NCBI GenBank assembly: GCA_965223335.1
Contig: OZ244991.1
Location: 1,440,001 to 1,504,000 of the forward strand
Direction of reading: 5' to 3'
From: Thermodesulfobacteriota bacterium
Lineage (GTDB): Bacteria; Desulfobacterota_D; UBA1144; Nemesobacterales; UBA2774
Length of the DNA: 64,000 nucleotides
The notes below the pieces were generated by a model, which was given only the letters and a program-made list of their open reading frames with translations, searched no databases and was not told where the DNA came from. This document shows positions 19,982 through 30,500 of the stretch, piece after piece (position 1 is the first letter of the stretch; each line of letters starts with the position of its first letter). The translations under genes and the position numbers were made by a program.

Positions 19982-20704
19982 ATGAAACGTACTACAAAGC
20001 AAAGCAGCACAAATTTGAGTAATAAAAGCAAGGTCGCTAAGAAAAAGTCGACAAAAAAAAGCACAAGGAGTTCCCCCATGAAAAACGGTGAGGATAACAA
20101 GGTTAGTTTTATCAGTGAAAAATCTGCAACCAACGCTAAAGACGCAACAACAAAGTCTCAGATCGGAGCTGAACTTGCTGGGGGTTTGGGAAGTGTTGAT
20201 AAGATAAGAGATATTTTGTTCGGGGCGCAGATGCAGGACTATGAAAAAAGGTTCGTCCGCCTTGAAGAGCGCCTAATGCAAGAGTCTCAAAGCACAAAAG
20301 AGGATCTAAAAAAGAGGTTCGACAGTCTTGAGAAATATATGAAAAATGAAGTGGAGTCTCTTTTGGATAAGGTCAAATCAGAGCAAAATGAGAGGACCGA
20401 CTCAGTAACAGACATCTTGCGTCAGATAAAGGACCTCACCAAAACCTTTGAGAAAAAGACAGGACAGATTAGTGATAGGGTGTCCAACAATCAGAGAGAA
20501 GCGCGCAGCCGCCTGCTTGAAGAATCCAAGAGCTTACGAGAAGAGATAGCCGAGAACCATAATCTTCTTAGCGAGAATATGAACAATGTTGTAAACGAGC
20601 TTCGTCATGATAAGACCGACAGAGTAGCATTGGCCAATCTCCTAACAGAGATGGCACTTAGATTAACCGACGAATTCAAGATCCCTAGTTCAAAGGATAC
20701 CTAA
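19982..20704 (+). CDS. Coiled-coil protein (first gene of the GTPase module)
   Basis: VDKIRDILFG followed by a long heptad-rich helix; basic disordered N-terminus; start uncertain. Confidence 0.7.
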   Translation: MKRTTKQSSTNLSNKSKVAKKKSTKKSTRSSPMKNGEDNKVSFISEKSATNAKDATTKSQIGAELAGGLGSVDKIRDILFGAQMQDYEKRFVRLEERLMQESQSTKEDLKKRFDSLEKYMKNEVESLLDKVKSEQNERTDSVTDILRQIKDLTKTFEKKTGQISDRVSNNQREARSRLLEESKSLREEIAENHNLLSENMNNVVNELRHDKTDRVALANLLTEMALRLTDEFKIPSSKDT

Positions 20705-20706
20705 GA

Positions 20707-22476
20707 ATGGGTAAAGGCCCCTCTACTCAGGAGACCGAACAATATAAAGAAGCTACAAAACAATTACCTGAAAACGATTTAGAAGAGCTTCGTAGTTTAA
20801 TCCTAGCACCTGAGCAGGAGAAATTAAAACAGCTAGAGCTTAGACTAGATACCCCGGACCAACGCATAGACGATATAAGCACTGTATTACCCGAGGCTAT
20901 TAGGCGCAGGTCATCCCAAGATTCATCACTTACCGATGCACTCATGCCTATGGTAGAAGAGGCAATCTCAACATCTACCAGAAACGATCCCAAGAGAATT
21001 GTGGACGCAATATTCCCCATTATGGGCCCGGCCATAAGGAAAGCCGTGTCTAATGCCCTTGGGGAGCTAACGGATTCTATTAACCGGATTTTGGAGCAGA
21101 GCCTGTCTCTAAAGAGTATTAAATGGAGATACGAGGCGTTTCGCACCGGGGTGCCGTACTCTGAGGTTGTTCTAAAACATACTCTGGTATACAGAGTTGA
21201 GCAGGTGTTTCTGATCCACAAGGACTCGGGGCTATTGCTCCAGCACCTAGTGGCTGACTCGGTGCAGGCCCTAGACGCCGACTTGGTGTCGGGGATGCTG
21301 ACTGCGATTCAAGATTTTGTGCAGGATTCCTTTAAGGTCGAGGGCGGCCAATCACTTGATAACTTTCGAGTAGGTGAGCTCAACGTGTGGCTGGAGCAGG
21401 GGCCCTATGCGGTCTTAGCAGCCGTGGTCAGGGGGCACCCCCCCGCAAAATTAAGGACGGTACTTCGCGATGCAATCGAGGCGGTTCACCTGGATAAGGG
21501 GCACATAATAGAGTCTTTTCAGGGTGATATGAGCGAGTTCGAGAGTACCCGTATATATTTAGAAAGCTGCTTGGCAAGTAAACTGAAAGACGAGAAGGAG
21601 AGGTCGTACGCTCTGCTTTGGGTGCTATTGTCCGCACTCGCAATCATACTTTTGGTTTGGTTTGCATTTTCATACCGTTCGAACCTAAGGTGGTCAAATT
21701 ATGTAGAGACTCTAAGGAGCGAGCCCGGGATAATTGTAACCTCTGCCGAGAAGCGGGGGGGGAAATATTACTTGACCGGTATGGTGGACCCAATGGCAGA
21801 GGATCCGAGTTCGTTTTTAGAAAAGGCCAATATAGAACCGGATGATGTGGTTGGGGCCTGGGAGTCGTACTACTCATTTACACCTGAATTTGTGCTGCCC
21901 AGGGCAACCGATCTCTTGGGAGCTCCCGAGACGCTTAAGTTTAAATTTGAGGACGGGGTGCTAAGCGCCAGGGGGGTTGCAAAGGATAGGTGGCTGGTTA
22001 GAGCCGAGTCTATAGCACGTCTTATCCCCGGTGTTATGAGCTACGATTTCAGCGAGGTCGTGAATAGCGATAGAGAACTGTTTGAGATGACTAAGAACGA
22101 AATAGAGGATATGAGAGTAAGGTTTATTGTAGGAACAACAACAATTGTCCCTGGGCAAAACAAGCTGTTGGATGAGGTTGTGACCAAGATCGGGGAGTTG
22201 AAGGAGCAGGTAAAGCTGTTGGACAAAAAGGTTGTAGTCGAGGTAAAGGGGCATACGGACAGCACGGGGACAGAAAGAAACAATATGCAGCTTAGCAAGG
22301 ACCGAGCAAATGTTGTGATGGAAGCGGTGAAATTAAGGGGTATAAGCCCAGACAACATAAGGCTCTTTGGGGTCGGTTCCACAGAACCGATCAGCGAAGA
22401 GACCGACGAGAAAAACAAAGCTCTAAATCGCCGAGTGTCATTCAGGGTTTTAGAAGAAGAACAGGAAGGAAATTGA
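20707..22476 (+). CDS. Membrane protein: cytoplasmic helical and longin/roadblock-like domains, TM helix, C-terminal OmpA-like peptidoglycan-binding domain
   Basis: VFLIHKDSGLLL..LVSGMLTAIQDF; one TM (LLWVLLSALAIILLVWFAF); GHTDSTG..N..LSKDRA..NRRV. Confidence 0.8.
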   Translation: MGKGPSTQETEQYKEATKQLPENDLEELRSLILAPEQEKLKQLELRLDTPDQRIDDISTVLPEAIRRRSSQDSSLTDALMPMVEEAISTSTRNDPKRIVDAIFPIMGPAIRKAVSNALGELTDSINRILEQSLSLKSIKWRYEAFRTGVPYSEVVLKHTLVYRVEQVFLIHKDSGLLLQHLVADSVQALDADLVSGMLTAIQDFVQDSFKVEGGQSLDNFRVGELNVWLEQGPYAVLAAVVRGHPPAKLRTVLRDAIEAVHLDKGHIIESFQGDMSEFESTRIYLESCLASKLKDEKERSYALLWVLLSALAIILLVWFAFSYRSNLRWSNYVETLRSEPGIIVTSAEKRGGKYYLTGMVDPMAEDPSSFLEKANIEPDDVVGAWESYYSFTPEFVLPRATDLLGAPETLKFKFEDGVLSARGVAKDRWLVRAESIARLIPGVMSYDFSEVVNSDRELFEMTKNEIEDMRVRFIVGTTTIVPGQNKLLDEVVTKIGELKEQVKLLDKKVVVEVKGHTDSTGTERNNMQLSKDRANVVMEAVKLRGISPDNIRLFGVGSTEPISEETDEKNKALNRRVSFRVLEEEQEGN

Positions 22477-22477
22477 C

Positions 22478-22972
22478 GTGATACAGAAAAAGGTATGTAT
22501 GTTGGGCGCTTTTGCAGTGGGGAAAACCAGCCTGGTTTCAAGGTATGTAAACAGTATATTCTCGGACAAGTACCTAACCACAGTGGGTGTGAAAATCGAT
22601 AAAAAACCCATAGTTTCGGGGGACAAAGAGGTCAATCTAATACTGTGGGATATTCATGGTGAGGACGATTTTCAAGAGGTTCCTACATCGTATCTCCGAG
22701 GTGCCGCGGGCTATCTGTTGGTAGTCGACGGTACTAGAAAAGAGACGCTAGATACAATTATCAAACTCAAAGAAAGGGCCAAGAGTGCTATTGGTGAGGT
22801 CCCCTATGTAGTGGTTATCAACAAATCTGACCTCGAGGACGATTGGGATATTAATGAGAATAATCTAGGTGAGAATTTTGAGGAATGTGAAGTGATTAAG
22901 ACAAGTGCTAAAACCGGTGAGGGCGTTGAGCAGGCATTTGCCGTTATAACCGAAAAATTACTAAGCGAGTAG
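22478..22972 (+). CDS. Ras-superfamily (Rab-like, Rup-type) small GTPase
   Basis: G1 GAFAVGKTS, G2 YLTTVG, G3 WDIHGE, G4 NKSD, G5 TSAK; 164 aa. Confidence 0.92.
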   Translation: MIQKKVCMLGAFAVGKTSLVSRYVNSIFSDKYLTTVGVKIDKKPIVSGDKEVNLILWDIHGEDDFQEVPTSYLRGAAGYLLVVDGTRKETLDTIIKLKERAKSAIGEVPYVVVINKSDLEDDWDINENNLGENFEECEVIKTSAKTGEGVEQAFAVITEKLLSE

Positions 22973-22977
22973 GTGTT

Positions 22978-24531
22978 GTGAATCTTTCACCGCAGATACA
23001 AAACATTATTGAGGGATTTAATTTTACTGGCCGATCACTTGGGTTTTTGTTCATTGGCCGAGACGGGATGCTCTACGAATCGGGTGGAGAGCTTGAGAGG
23101 TATGGGGTAGGGAGTATCGATAAAACGAGACCTGTGAGTGAACAGGCATTTTTTCTCGAAGGGCTATTGCCGATCGATACTGATTTGATCCTGCCCTGTG
23201 TAACGATTAGCGAGGGGACTACGGTAGATATTCACATACTGCACAGCGACGAGGGGTACTGTGTGTTATTAATGGATGCGAATGCAAAAGAGAATACGCA
23301 GAGGTTGTTGCAGCAATCTAGAAACGAGCTCAGCCTGCTGCGCAGTAAACAATCGAAAGTGCCCGCAGCTGCCACGGATGAAACTACTGCCAATAATTCT
23401 ATCGAGGATGAGATTATGCAAGATTCTATTTTAGGAGACCTATTTAAGCTACTGGACATAGTGATAATGGAGTGCGAGGATAGCGACACTTTCAGAATCG
23501 TAGGTACTCCTCCCGAGTGGTTCACTGCTTTGTATCCTATATCTAAAGAACAAACCGAGGGTCTCAAGCCGCAGGAACAGTTTTTGTTTCTAGACAATTT
23601 TTTGATCGACGCCGTGGATTTTTGGCAGAATAATTCCGATAACATACTTAAGTCCGGACCTTGGCACGAATCCGATGTTTTTAAAAATGATTATTATCTA
23701 GAGGCGATTGCCCTTAGTATCAAATCTAAGAATATACTTTTGATAGAATTCTCCAGGATAAGCTATGGCGAGAAACACTCCATCATACAAAAGGCTAGAG
23801 AGACCAGTCTCTATTATAACAAGCTCGATAAGGAGATTGAGAAAAAAGAGGTTCTCATTAATACGATTCTCCACGATCTAAAAGGTCCTATGGCCGGGGT
23901 TAAAGGATACCTGTCGATACTAAACTCTGAACACCTCGCCCCTCTCAATACCGATCTAATAAGCATTGCGATGCAACAGTCCGAGAGAGTAATGGTAATG
24001 ATTGATGAGATCTCGGAGATCTTCTCGTCCGATATCAAAGGAATTGCCACATTCCATACAGATTTTGAACTATCGCCTAATATTGTTAACAGCACCAGAA
24101 AATCCGTTGAGGCTTACTACCCTGCGTTTTCACGCAAGAACGTATCGCTGGTCATGTTTCCGGATATCGATTTTAGCAGGGAATGGAAGGTTGTGGGCGA
24201 GGAGGTTCATCTCGAACGAGTTATATCTAACCTGCTCGAAAATGCACTGCGATACAGCCCGGAGAACTCCAAAGTCACAATCGATGTTGATGACCAGGGC
24301 GACCATATAATTTTTATTATTGATGACGAGGGGGCTGGGGTTGAGGCTTCGGTCTCAAAGAACCTATTTGAGAAATTCTCGCGAGGCTCTTATAAACCGG
24401 GCGAGGTGGGACTTGGTCTGTATTTTTGCAGGATCACTATTGAGCGTTGGGGTGGTGTTATAGGTTACGCTCCGCGCGATGAGGGCGGTTCGCGTTTCTG
24501 GTTCAGATTGCCTAAACCATCTTCTTCGTAA
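22978..24531 (+). CDS. Soluble sensor histidine kinase with two degenerate PAS-like domains
   Basis: H-box ILHDLKGP, NLLENALRYS, DEGAGV, GLGLYFC; no TM seen. Confidence 0.9.
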   Translation: MNLSPQIQNIIEGFNFTGRSLGFLFIGRDGMLYESGGELERYGVGSIDKTRPVSEQAFFLEGLLPIDTDLILPCVTISEGTTVDIHILHSDEGYCVLLMDANAKENTQRLLQQSRNELSLLRSKQSKVPAAATDETTANNSIEDEIMQDSILGDLFKLLDIVIMECEDSDTFRIVGTPPEWFTALYPISKEQTEGLKPQEQFLFLDNFLIDAVDFWQNNSDNILKSGPWHESDVFKNDYYLEAIALSIKSKNILLIEFSRISYGEKHSIIQKARETSLYYNKLDKEIEKKEVLINTILHDLKGPMAGVKGYLSILNSEHLAPLNTDLISIAMQQSERVMVMIDEISEIFSSDIKGIATFHTDFELSPNIVNSTRKSVEAYYPAFSRKNVSLVMFPDIDFSREWKVVGEEVHLERVISNLLENALRYSPENSKVTIDVDDQGDHIIFIIDDEGAGVEASVSKNLFEKFSRGSYKPGEVGLGLYFCRITIERWGGVIGYAPRDEGGSRFWFRLPKPSSS

Positions 24532-24651
24532 TACGCTTAGACAATAGTTGAATCAAAGTTTATATTGATAGCTCTATAATTTATAGCCAGCAGGTTATCA
24601 GAACACTTAGACATCTTAGTAGGGCTAAGACTGTCGTAAAACAAATAATTT

Positions 24652-24666
24652 TGACATTTTTTGTCA
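24652..24666. promoter_or_regulatory. Palindromic activator site TGACA-N5-TGTCA (copy 2)
   Basis: TGACAtttttTGTCA about 85 bp upstream of a sigma54 promoter. Confidence 0.6.
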
Positions 24667-24750
24667 ATCCCGACCGATTATCACTCTAGTCGTTCATATA
24701 TTATCTAATAATTGACATGAGTTAACAAACTCTCATGAGCCTGTATCCGG

Positions 24751-24766
24751 TGGCACGTCTTTTGCC
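24751..24766 (+). promoter_or_regulatory. Sigma54 promoter of the MCP-cheA operon
   Basis: TGGCAC-GTCTT-TTGCC, near-perfect consensus. Confidence 0.85.
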
Positions 24767-24826
24767 ATACTTTATATATAGATTCTAAATCTAATACAAG
24801 TTTTGTCATACAAAGGGGGTAGCATT

Positions 24827-27409
24827 ATGAATATTTTTAGGACCTTAAGGGGTAAGATGATAGCGGCATTTTTACTGCTAGCTATACTTCCTCTGGTTGT
24901 TTTGGGCGCGTTTTATTTTATGACAGCTTCCAAACAGCAAAACGAGAAAGCTTTTGATCAGCTAAGCTCAGTAAGTAAAACCAAAGAACTCCAGATCGAA
25001 GACCACCTAAGCGACCTAAGCAATCAGGTTGTGACATTCTCACAGGATCGAATGGTGGTAAATGCAATGAGTGATTTCAAGGATGCTTTCTCAAGTGTTG
25101 TAAATTACCACCTTGTTGCCGAAACCCCTGGAGAAAGTTACTCATCAACTAAAACCGCAAAGTATAGCCCTGAGGAACTCGGCTGGATGAAAGATGAACT
25201 GATCAAGTTCTATACCGAGGATTTCAGTGCAAAATACTCCGCGGAGGATGGCGGGCAAAAGCCCGAGCTAACAGACCTCTATGGCGAACTTAACAACAAC
25301 TCCATAGTTCTTCAGTATCTCTACATCGGGCAAAATGAATATCCCGCCGGGGAGAAAGCCGATCTTGACAATGCCGGCGACGGTTCCAATTACAGCAAGG
25401 TTCATGCCGAGTACCACCCGTTAATAAGGGAATATCTAGATAAGTTCGGATATAGAGACATCCTATTGGTTGATCCCTCTACGGGTAACGTTATTTACTC
25501 CGTATCTAAGGATATAAACTATGCAACATCTCTTACGGACGGCGCATTTGCTGACACCAACTTGGGTGAGGTTTTTCGAGCTGCAAACTCGTCGAGTGAT
25601 CCGAATTTTATAGCAATGACTGATTACGCACGGTTTGTGCCCTCTTACAATCAGCCGGCGAGTTTTATTGCATCGCCGATTTATAACGGCAGCCAAAAAG
25701 TAGGGGTGCTAGTCTTTGAGATGGATTTAAGTGCAATTAACTCTATAATGACAGAGAGTGTGGGACTGGGACGAAGTGAACAATCTTATATAGTAGGTCA
25801 AGACAAGCTCACGCGTAGCTCGTCCGATAAAGCAGGTGCCACAGTGCTAAGCCCTAAGAATAAAGTTGATACAGTAGCCAGCACAAGTGCTCTTAGCGGT
25901 AAATCCGGCAGCGGTGTGATAGTTAACTCCAAGGGCCAGAAGGTGCTTAGCTCCTGGGTTCCTGTCACTGTGTTTCAGTCACCGGATACAGAAACCCAAC
26001 CTATAAAGTGGGCAGTGATCTCGGAGGTAAGTGAGTCCGATGTACAGGCCCCTGTACGTAAAATGGGTTACGTGATACTAGGGGTGCTATTGCTTGTGAT
26101 CGCGCTAGTGCTGTTGGTGGGCTATCTGTTGTCTAAAACATTTACACGCCAGCTAAGCATCATAGCCGATGTATTTAGAAGGGTTAGCGACGGTGACTAC
26201 AAAGCAAGGGCAGATGTGGTGTCTGGAGATGAATTGGGCCAGATGGCCGTGTCGCTCAACAACACGCTTGACCTAACCGACAGCCTGGTTGAACAGGTGC
26301 AGGAACAGAGCGACGGCACACAGAAATCTATTATGAAACTCCTTGAGGAGGTAAGCGGTGTAGCTGAGGGTGACCTTACACAAGAGGCCGAGGTTACCGA
26401 GGATATGACCGGAGCTATTGCCGACTCGTTTAACTACATGATTGTGGAGCTTAGACGAATTATCGGTGATGTGCAGGATGCGACTCAAAACGTGGGTTCG
26501 GCTGCTACAGACATGCAGGCCGCTATGGAAAACCTAAGTCAGGGTAGTGACAGTCAGGCGGATCAGATTATCGACACCACCGCAGCTATTGACGAAATGG
26601 CAGCTTCTATTAAACAGGTGTCCGAGACTGCGACCATGTCGTCCACAGTTGCCCAGGAAGCTATGTTGTCTGCTCGCCAGGGCTCAGATGCGGTGGAGAA
26701 AACCATCCAGGGTATGGACGCTATTAGAGAACACGTGCAGGAAACATCCAAACGTATTAAACGACTTGGAGAAAGTTCACAGGAGATTGGTGAGATTGTA
26801 CAGTTGATTAGTGATATCGCGGACCGAACCAGTATCCTCGCACTAAACGCTTCTATTCAGGCGGCGATGGCCGGTGAGGCAGGGCGAGGGTTTGCCGTGG
26901 TGGCAGAAGAGGTTGAGCGACTTGCGGAAAGAGCAACAGAATCAACCAAACGAATCGATACCCTTATCAACTCGATTCAGACTGAGACCACCGAGGCTGT
27001 TACAGCTATGGAAGAAACCACTCAAGAGGTGGTAAGCGGTTCTGATCTGGCCACCGATGCGGGTACAGCGCTCTCTGAGATTGAGGACGTTTCTGTGAGA
27101 TTGGCTGAGCTTATTCAGTCCATTACACTCTCGGCACAACAACAGGCCAGGGGTTCAGAAGCGGTAACGCAATCAATGGCTGAGATCTCACAGATCACCC
27201 AGCAGACCGCGGCAGGTACGCGGCAGGCCTCTGTGACTATCGGAGAGTTAGCCGTGCTGGCCGAGAACCTACAGTCCTCAATTAGTGCATTTAAACTTCC
27301 CGAAACTAACGGACATGCTAAAACGCAAACTCTGGGGACGGAGGATGTTATCGAAGAGCCTAGTCCCGTTGATGAAGAGATAGATTTAGAGAATTTGTCT
27401 GATATGTAA
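24827..27409 (+). CDS. Methyl-accepting chemotaxis protein, PilJ-like, with a large Cache-like periplasmic domain and HAMP
   Basis: Two TMs, HAMP (DELGQMA), tip [36 protein letters not shown] 24827 follows an AAGGGGG RBS. Confidence 0.92.
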   Translation: MNIFRTLRGKMIAAFLLLAILPLVVLGAFYFMTASKQQNEKAFDQLSSVSKTKELQIEDHLSDLSNQVVTFSQDRMVVNAMSDFKDAFSSVVNYHLVAETPGESYSSTKTAKYSPEELGWMKDELIKFYTEDFSAKYSAEDGGQKPELTDLYGELNNNSIVLQYLYIGQNEYPAGEKADLDNAGDGSNYSKVHAEYHPLIREYLDKFGYRDILLVDPSTGNVIYSVSKDINYATSLTDGAFADTNLGEVFRAANSSSDPNFIAMTDYARFVPSYNQPASFIASPIYNGSQKVGVLVFEMDLSAINSIMTESVGLGRSEQSYIVGQDKLTRSSSDKAGATVLSPKNKVDTVASTSALSGKSGSGVIVNSKGQKVLSSWVPVTVFQSPDTETQPIKWAVISEVSESDVQAPVRKMGYVILGVLLLVIALVLLVGYLLSKTFTRQLSIIADVFRRVSDGDYKARADVVSGDELGQMAVSLNNTLDLTDSLVEQVQEQSDGTQKSIMKLLEEVSGVAEGDLTQEAEVTEDMTGAIADSFNYMIVELRRIIGDVQDATQNVGSAATDMQAAMENLSQGSDSQADQIIDTTAAIDEMAASIKQVSETATMSSTVAQEAMLSARQGSDAVEKTIQGMDAIREHVQETSKRIKRLGESSQEIGEIVQLISDIADRTSILALNASIQAAMAGEAGRGFAVVAEEVERLAERATESTKRIDTLINSIQTETTEAVTAMEETTQEVVSGSDLATDAGTALSEIEDVSVRLAELIQSITLSAQQQARGSEAVTQSMAEISQITQQTAAGTRQASVTIGELAVLAENLQSSISAFKLPETNGHAKTQTLGTEDVIEEPSPVDEEIDLENLSDM

Positions 27410-27417
27410 TTAAAGTA

Positions 27418-27465
27418 TGTGGGGGAGAACGGTATATCCGTACATATCGTTCTCTACACTACATC
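27418..27465 (+). other. Intercistronic stem-loop between the MCP and cheA
   Basis: GAGAACGGTAT / ATATCGTTCTC stem, no U-tract. Confidence 0.55.
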
Positions 27466-27562
27466 GCTATTTAGCCCGGTAATTGAATTTGGAATGTGAG
27501 CAATGAGATCGACAGTTTTGAATTTAAGACTCGAGAGATTCTCTCGGAGGTAGTTACTCGTT

Positions 27563-30500
27563 ATGGACATTGATAAAGATTTAGTACAAGGGTTTTTAGA
27601 AGAGACCAAAGGCTATATCCCGCAAGTCAAAGTTGCGATAGATACCTATGAGGATACTGAACAAGGCCATGAATCTCTCGAAGAAGCGTACCGATTTATG
27701 CACACGATAAAGGGCGCGGCATCTATGCTGGGTATGAGTGCTCTTAGCAACGTAGCTCACCACGTAGAAGAGGTTGTTGATGATATAAGAAACGACAAAA
27801 TTGAACTTACTCCAAACACGGTGTTTTTCCTAAGAAATGCCGTGGACCAGATGGAAAATTATGTAGAAACCGTATCCGAAAAAGGGATTGAGAACCACGA
27901 TGATTCGTTCTTTGTAAAAAGCTCACTCATTCCGTACTGCAGGTTAAAGGGCTACGATGAATCTGGGGACGACGAGTATATTAAAGGTTTTCTTACTCAA
28001 AACCAAACGGAGGCACCCAAATCCGATTCGCACGACACCGATAGATCCCGTGATGATAGCTCTAGTGATTCGAGTGTATTATCCTTTGTGTCGGAAGACC
28101 CCGTGTCCACAGACCAAGAAATTATGGCACAAACAACACCTGCCTCTATACCGAATGACACGGTTAATGAACCGATTAATGTAGAAGATCTCTCACAATA
28201 CCAATCTGAGGGCTCAGGGCCGGATGATAGTTCGGATACTAACACCGTTTTGGATGAAGCAGCAAACATACCCCCCGAGCTCATGGAAGTGTTTATTCTC
28301 GAGGCCAACGAGCATCTGCAAAACATTTCCTCATCTTTAGAACGACTAAATGGCAACATATCTAATATAGAGCCTCTCTTGGATATTAGAAGGGCTGTGC
28401 ACACTCTAAAAGGGGCAGCTTCGATGGTGGGGTTCCAATCGGTATCCGACCTATCGGCAGTTGCAGAGGATTATCTTGACAACGTTACAAACGATAGTGC
28501 TAAGTTTGACCAACGTGCACTCGACCTGATTTCTAGAACCTACGAAATGCTGATGAGTATTGTAAGCGGTGATGCCGGGGGAGAGTCCGGGGTTAAAGAT
28601 GAATTACAAAAGTTATACGTGGCATATTCTGAGATATCGGATCAAAAGGTCTCAACAGAACCCGAACCAATTACTGAGCAGGCCGAGGAGACCGCCGATG
28701 AGAGTGCGCCATTTGAGACACCGCAAACCGATGTAGAGGATGAATTAGGGATCGACATTGAAGAAATTGAAGAGCCTCTCGATACTGCGCAAGACAATTC
28801 TTTCGCTGCACCTGATTCTGTTGTGGAGCAAGACGAGATACCGCCCGAACTCATGGAAGTGTTTATGATCGAGGCCAACGAGCATCTGCAGAATGTTTCT
28901 ACATACCTCGGAGAGTTGGAAAAAGACCCAACGAATAGAGATCATCTATCTGAGGTGAGAAGAGCAGTACACACGCTCAAGGGAGCAGCCGGTATGGTCG
29001 GTTTTGGATCAGTGTCTGATCTCTCGCACCGCATGGAGGACCTGTTGGATGATCTATTTGACGGAGAGGTAGGGCTTACTAAGGACAAAATGAGTTTGCT
29101 CTATAAAACGGCGGACACTCTAGACGATATGGTAAAGGGCGAGTCTGATGCCGACTATGTAAAATACGCCGCAACCTCACTCTATCGAGAGTACGACAAT
29201 TTATTCAATAAGCCTGAGGCCCCGGATACAACCGACGAGGTTGTTGAGGAAGCCTACCAGGAGGATATTGCACCTGTCCCAGAGCCTGAGTATAACGAAC
29301 AGACAGTTGATACAGAGATTAGAACTATTACTGAAGATATTCACATTCCCCAGGTGGTTAGACAACCGGCACCGGCCCCTAGTATTAAAAAGCCCGGCGA
29401 GTTTGTACGTATTCCCATCGAGAGGCTTGACGAACTGGTAAACCTGGTTGGGGAACTGGTTGTGAACCGCTCGGTATTCGAGCAGTATTTCTCTCGTTTG
29501 GATGAGGAGTCGGATGAGCTTAAACCAAGCGTAGATAGACTTAAAAAGATATCAAACACCATGGAATCCGAGTACGAGGTGATGGCGCTTGGTGGGAGAA
29601 ATATTGCTGCAACCGGTACGGAGCAAGGATCATACTCAGGCCCTGTGCTCGCTAAACCCTCTACGGCTCTTACGTCGAGCACTTCCGAGTTTGACGAGCT
29701 TGAGTTCGATAGATACACAGAGTTCCATCTTTTCTCGAGAGAGCTTGCCGAGTCTGCGAATGACCTGGGAGCTATAAGCAACGAGCTTGGTTACATCATT
29801 GATGATTTCGAGGGCTATACGGAACGACAGGCTAGGCTCACAAGTGAGATCCAAGATAAATTAATGAGACTTCGAATGGTCCCGCTGGCAAATCTGAGCA
29901 CAAGGCTTATGCGTACAGTACGTGTAACGGCGGAAAGTCTCGGGAAACTTGTAGAGCTTGAGATTGTGGGTGAAGAGGTAGAGCTGGATAAGACTGTGCT
30001 CGAAGAAATAGCAGACCCACTACTTCACCTGCTCAGAAACTCTGTCGGCCATGGTATAGAAGATCCCGAGGCTAGAAAGAGTGCAGGTAAAGATCAAACC
30101 GGACGTATTACACTCACGGCATATTATGAAGGCACACAGGTGGTTATCAAAGTGGCTGACGACGGAAGGGGGTTGGATGCCTCAAAGCTCCGTTCGAGTG
30201 CCATTGCCAGCGGTAACATCTCACAAATAGAAGTAGACCGAATGACAGAAGATGATGTTTACTCGCTCATATTTATGCCCGGGCTCAGCACAGCAGACGA
30301 GCTAAGCGAGCTCTCTGGGCGTGGTGTGGGAATGGATGTTGTAAAATCCGCAGTACACCATATGAAAGGGACAATATCAATTGATTCTATAAAGGGCGAG
30401 GGTGTGACGTTTTCCATCCGCCTGCCCATGACCCTGGCTATTACAAAAGTCCTTATGGTTAAGTCTAACAACGAAGTATTTGCTATTCCCTCGGGGGACC

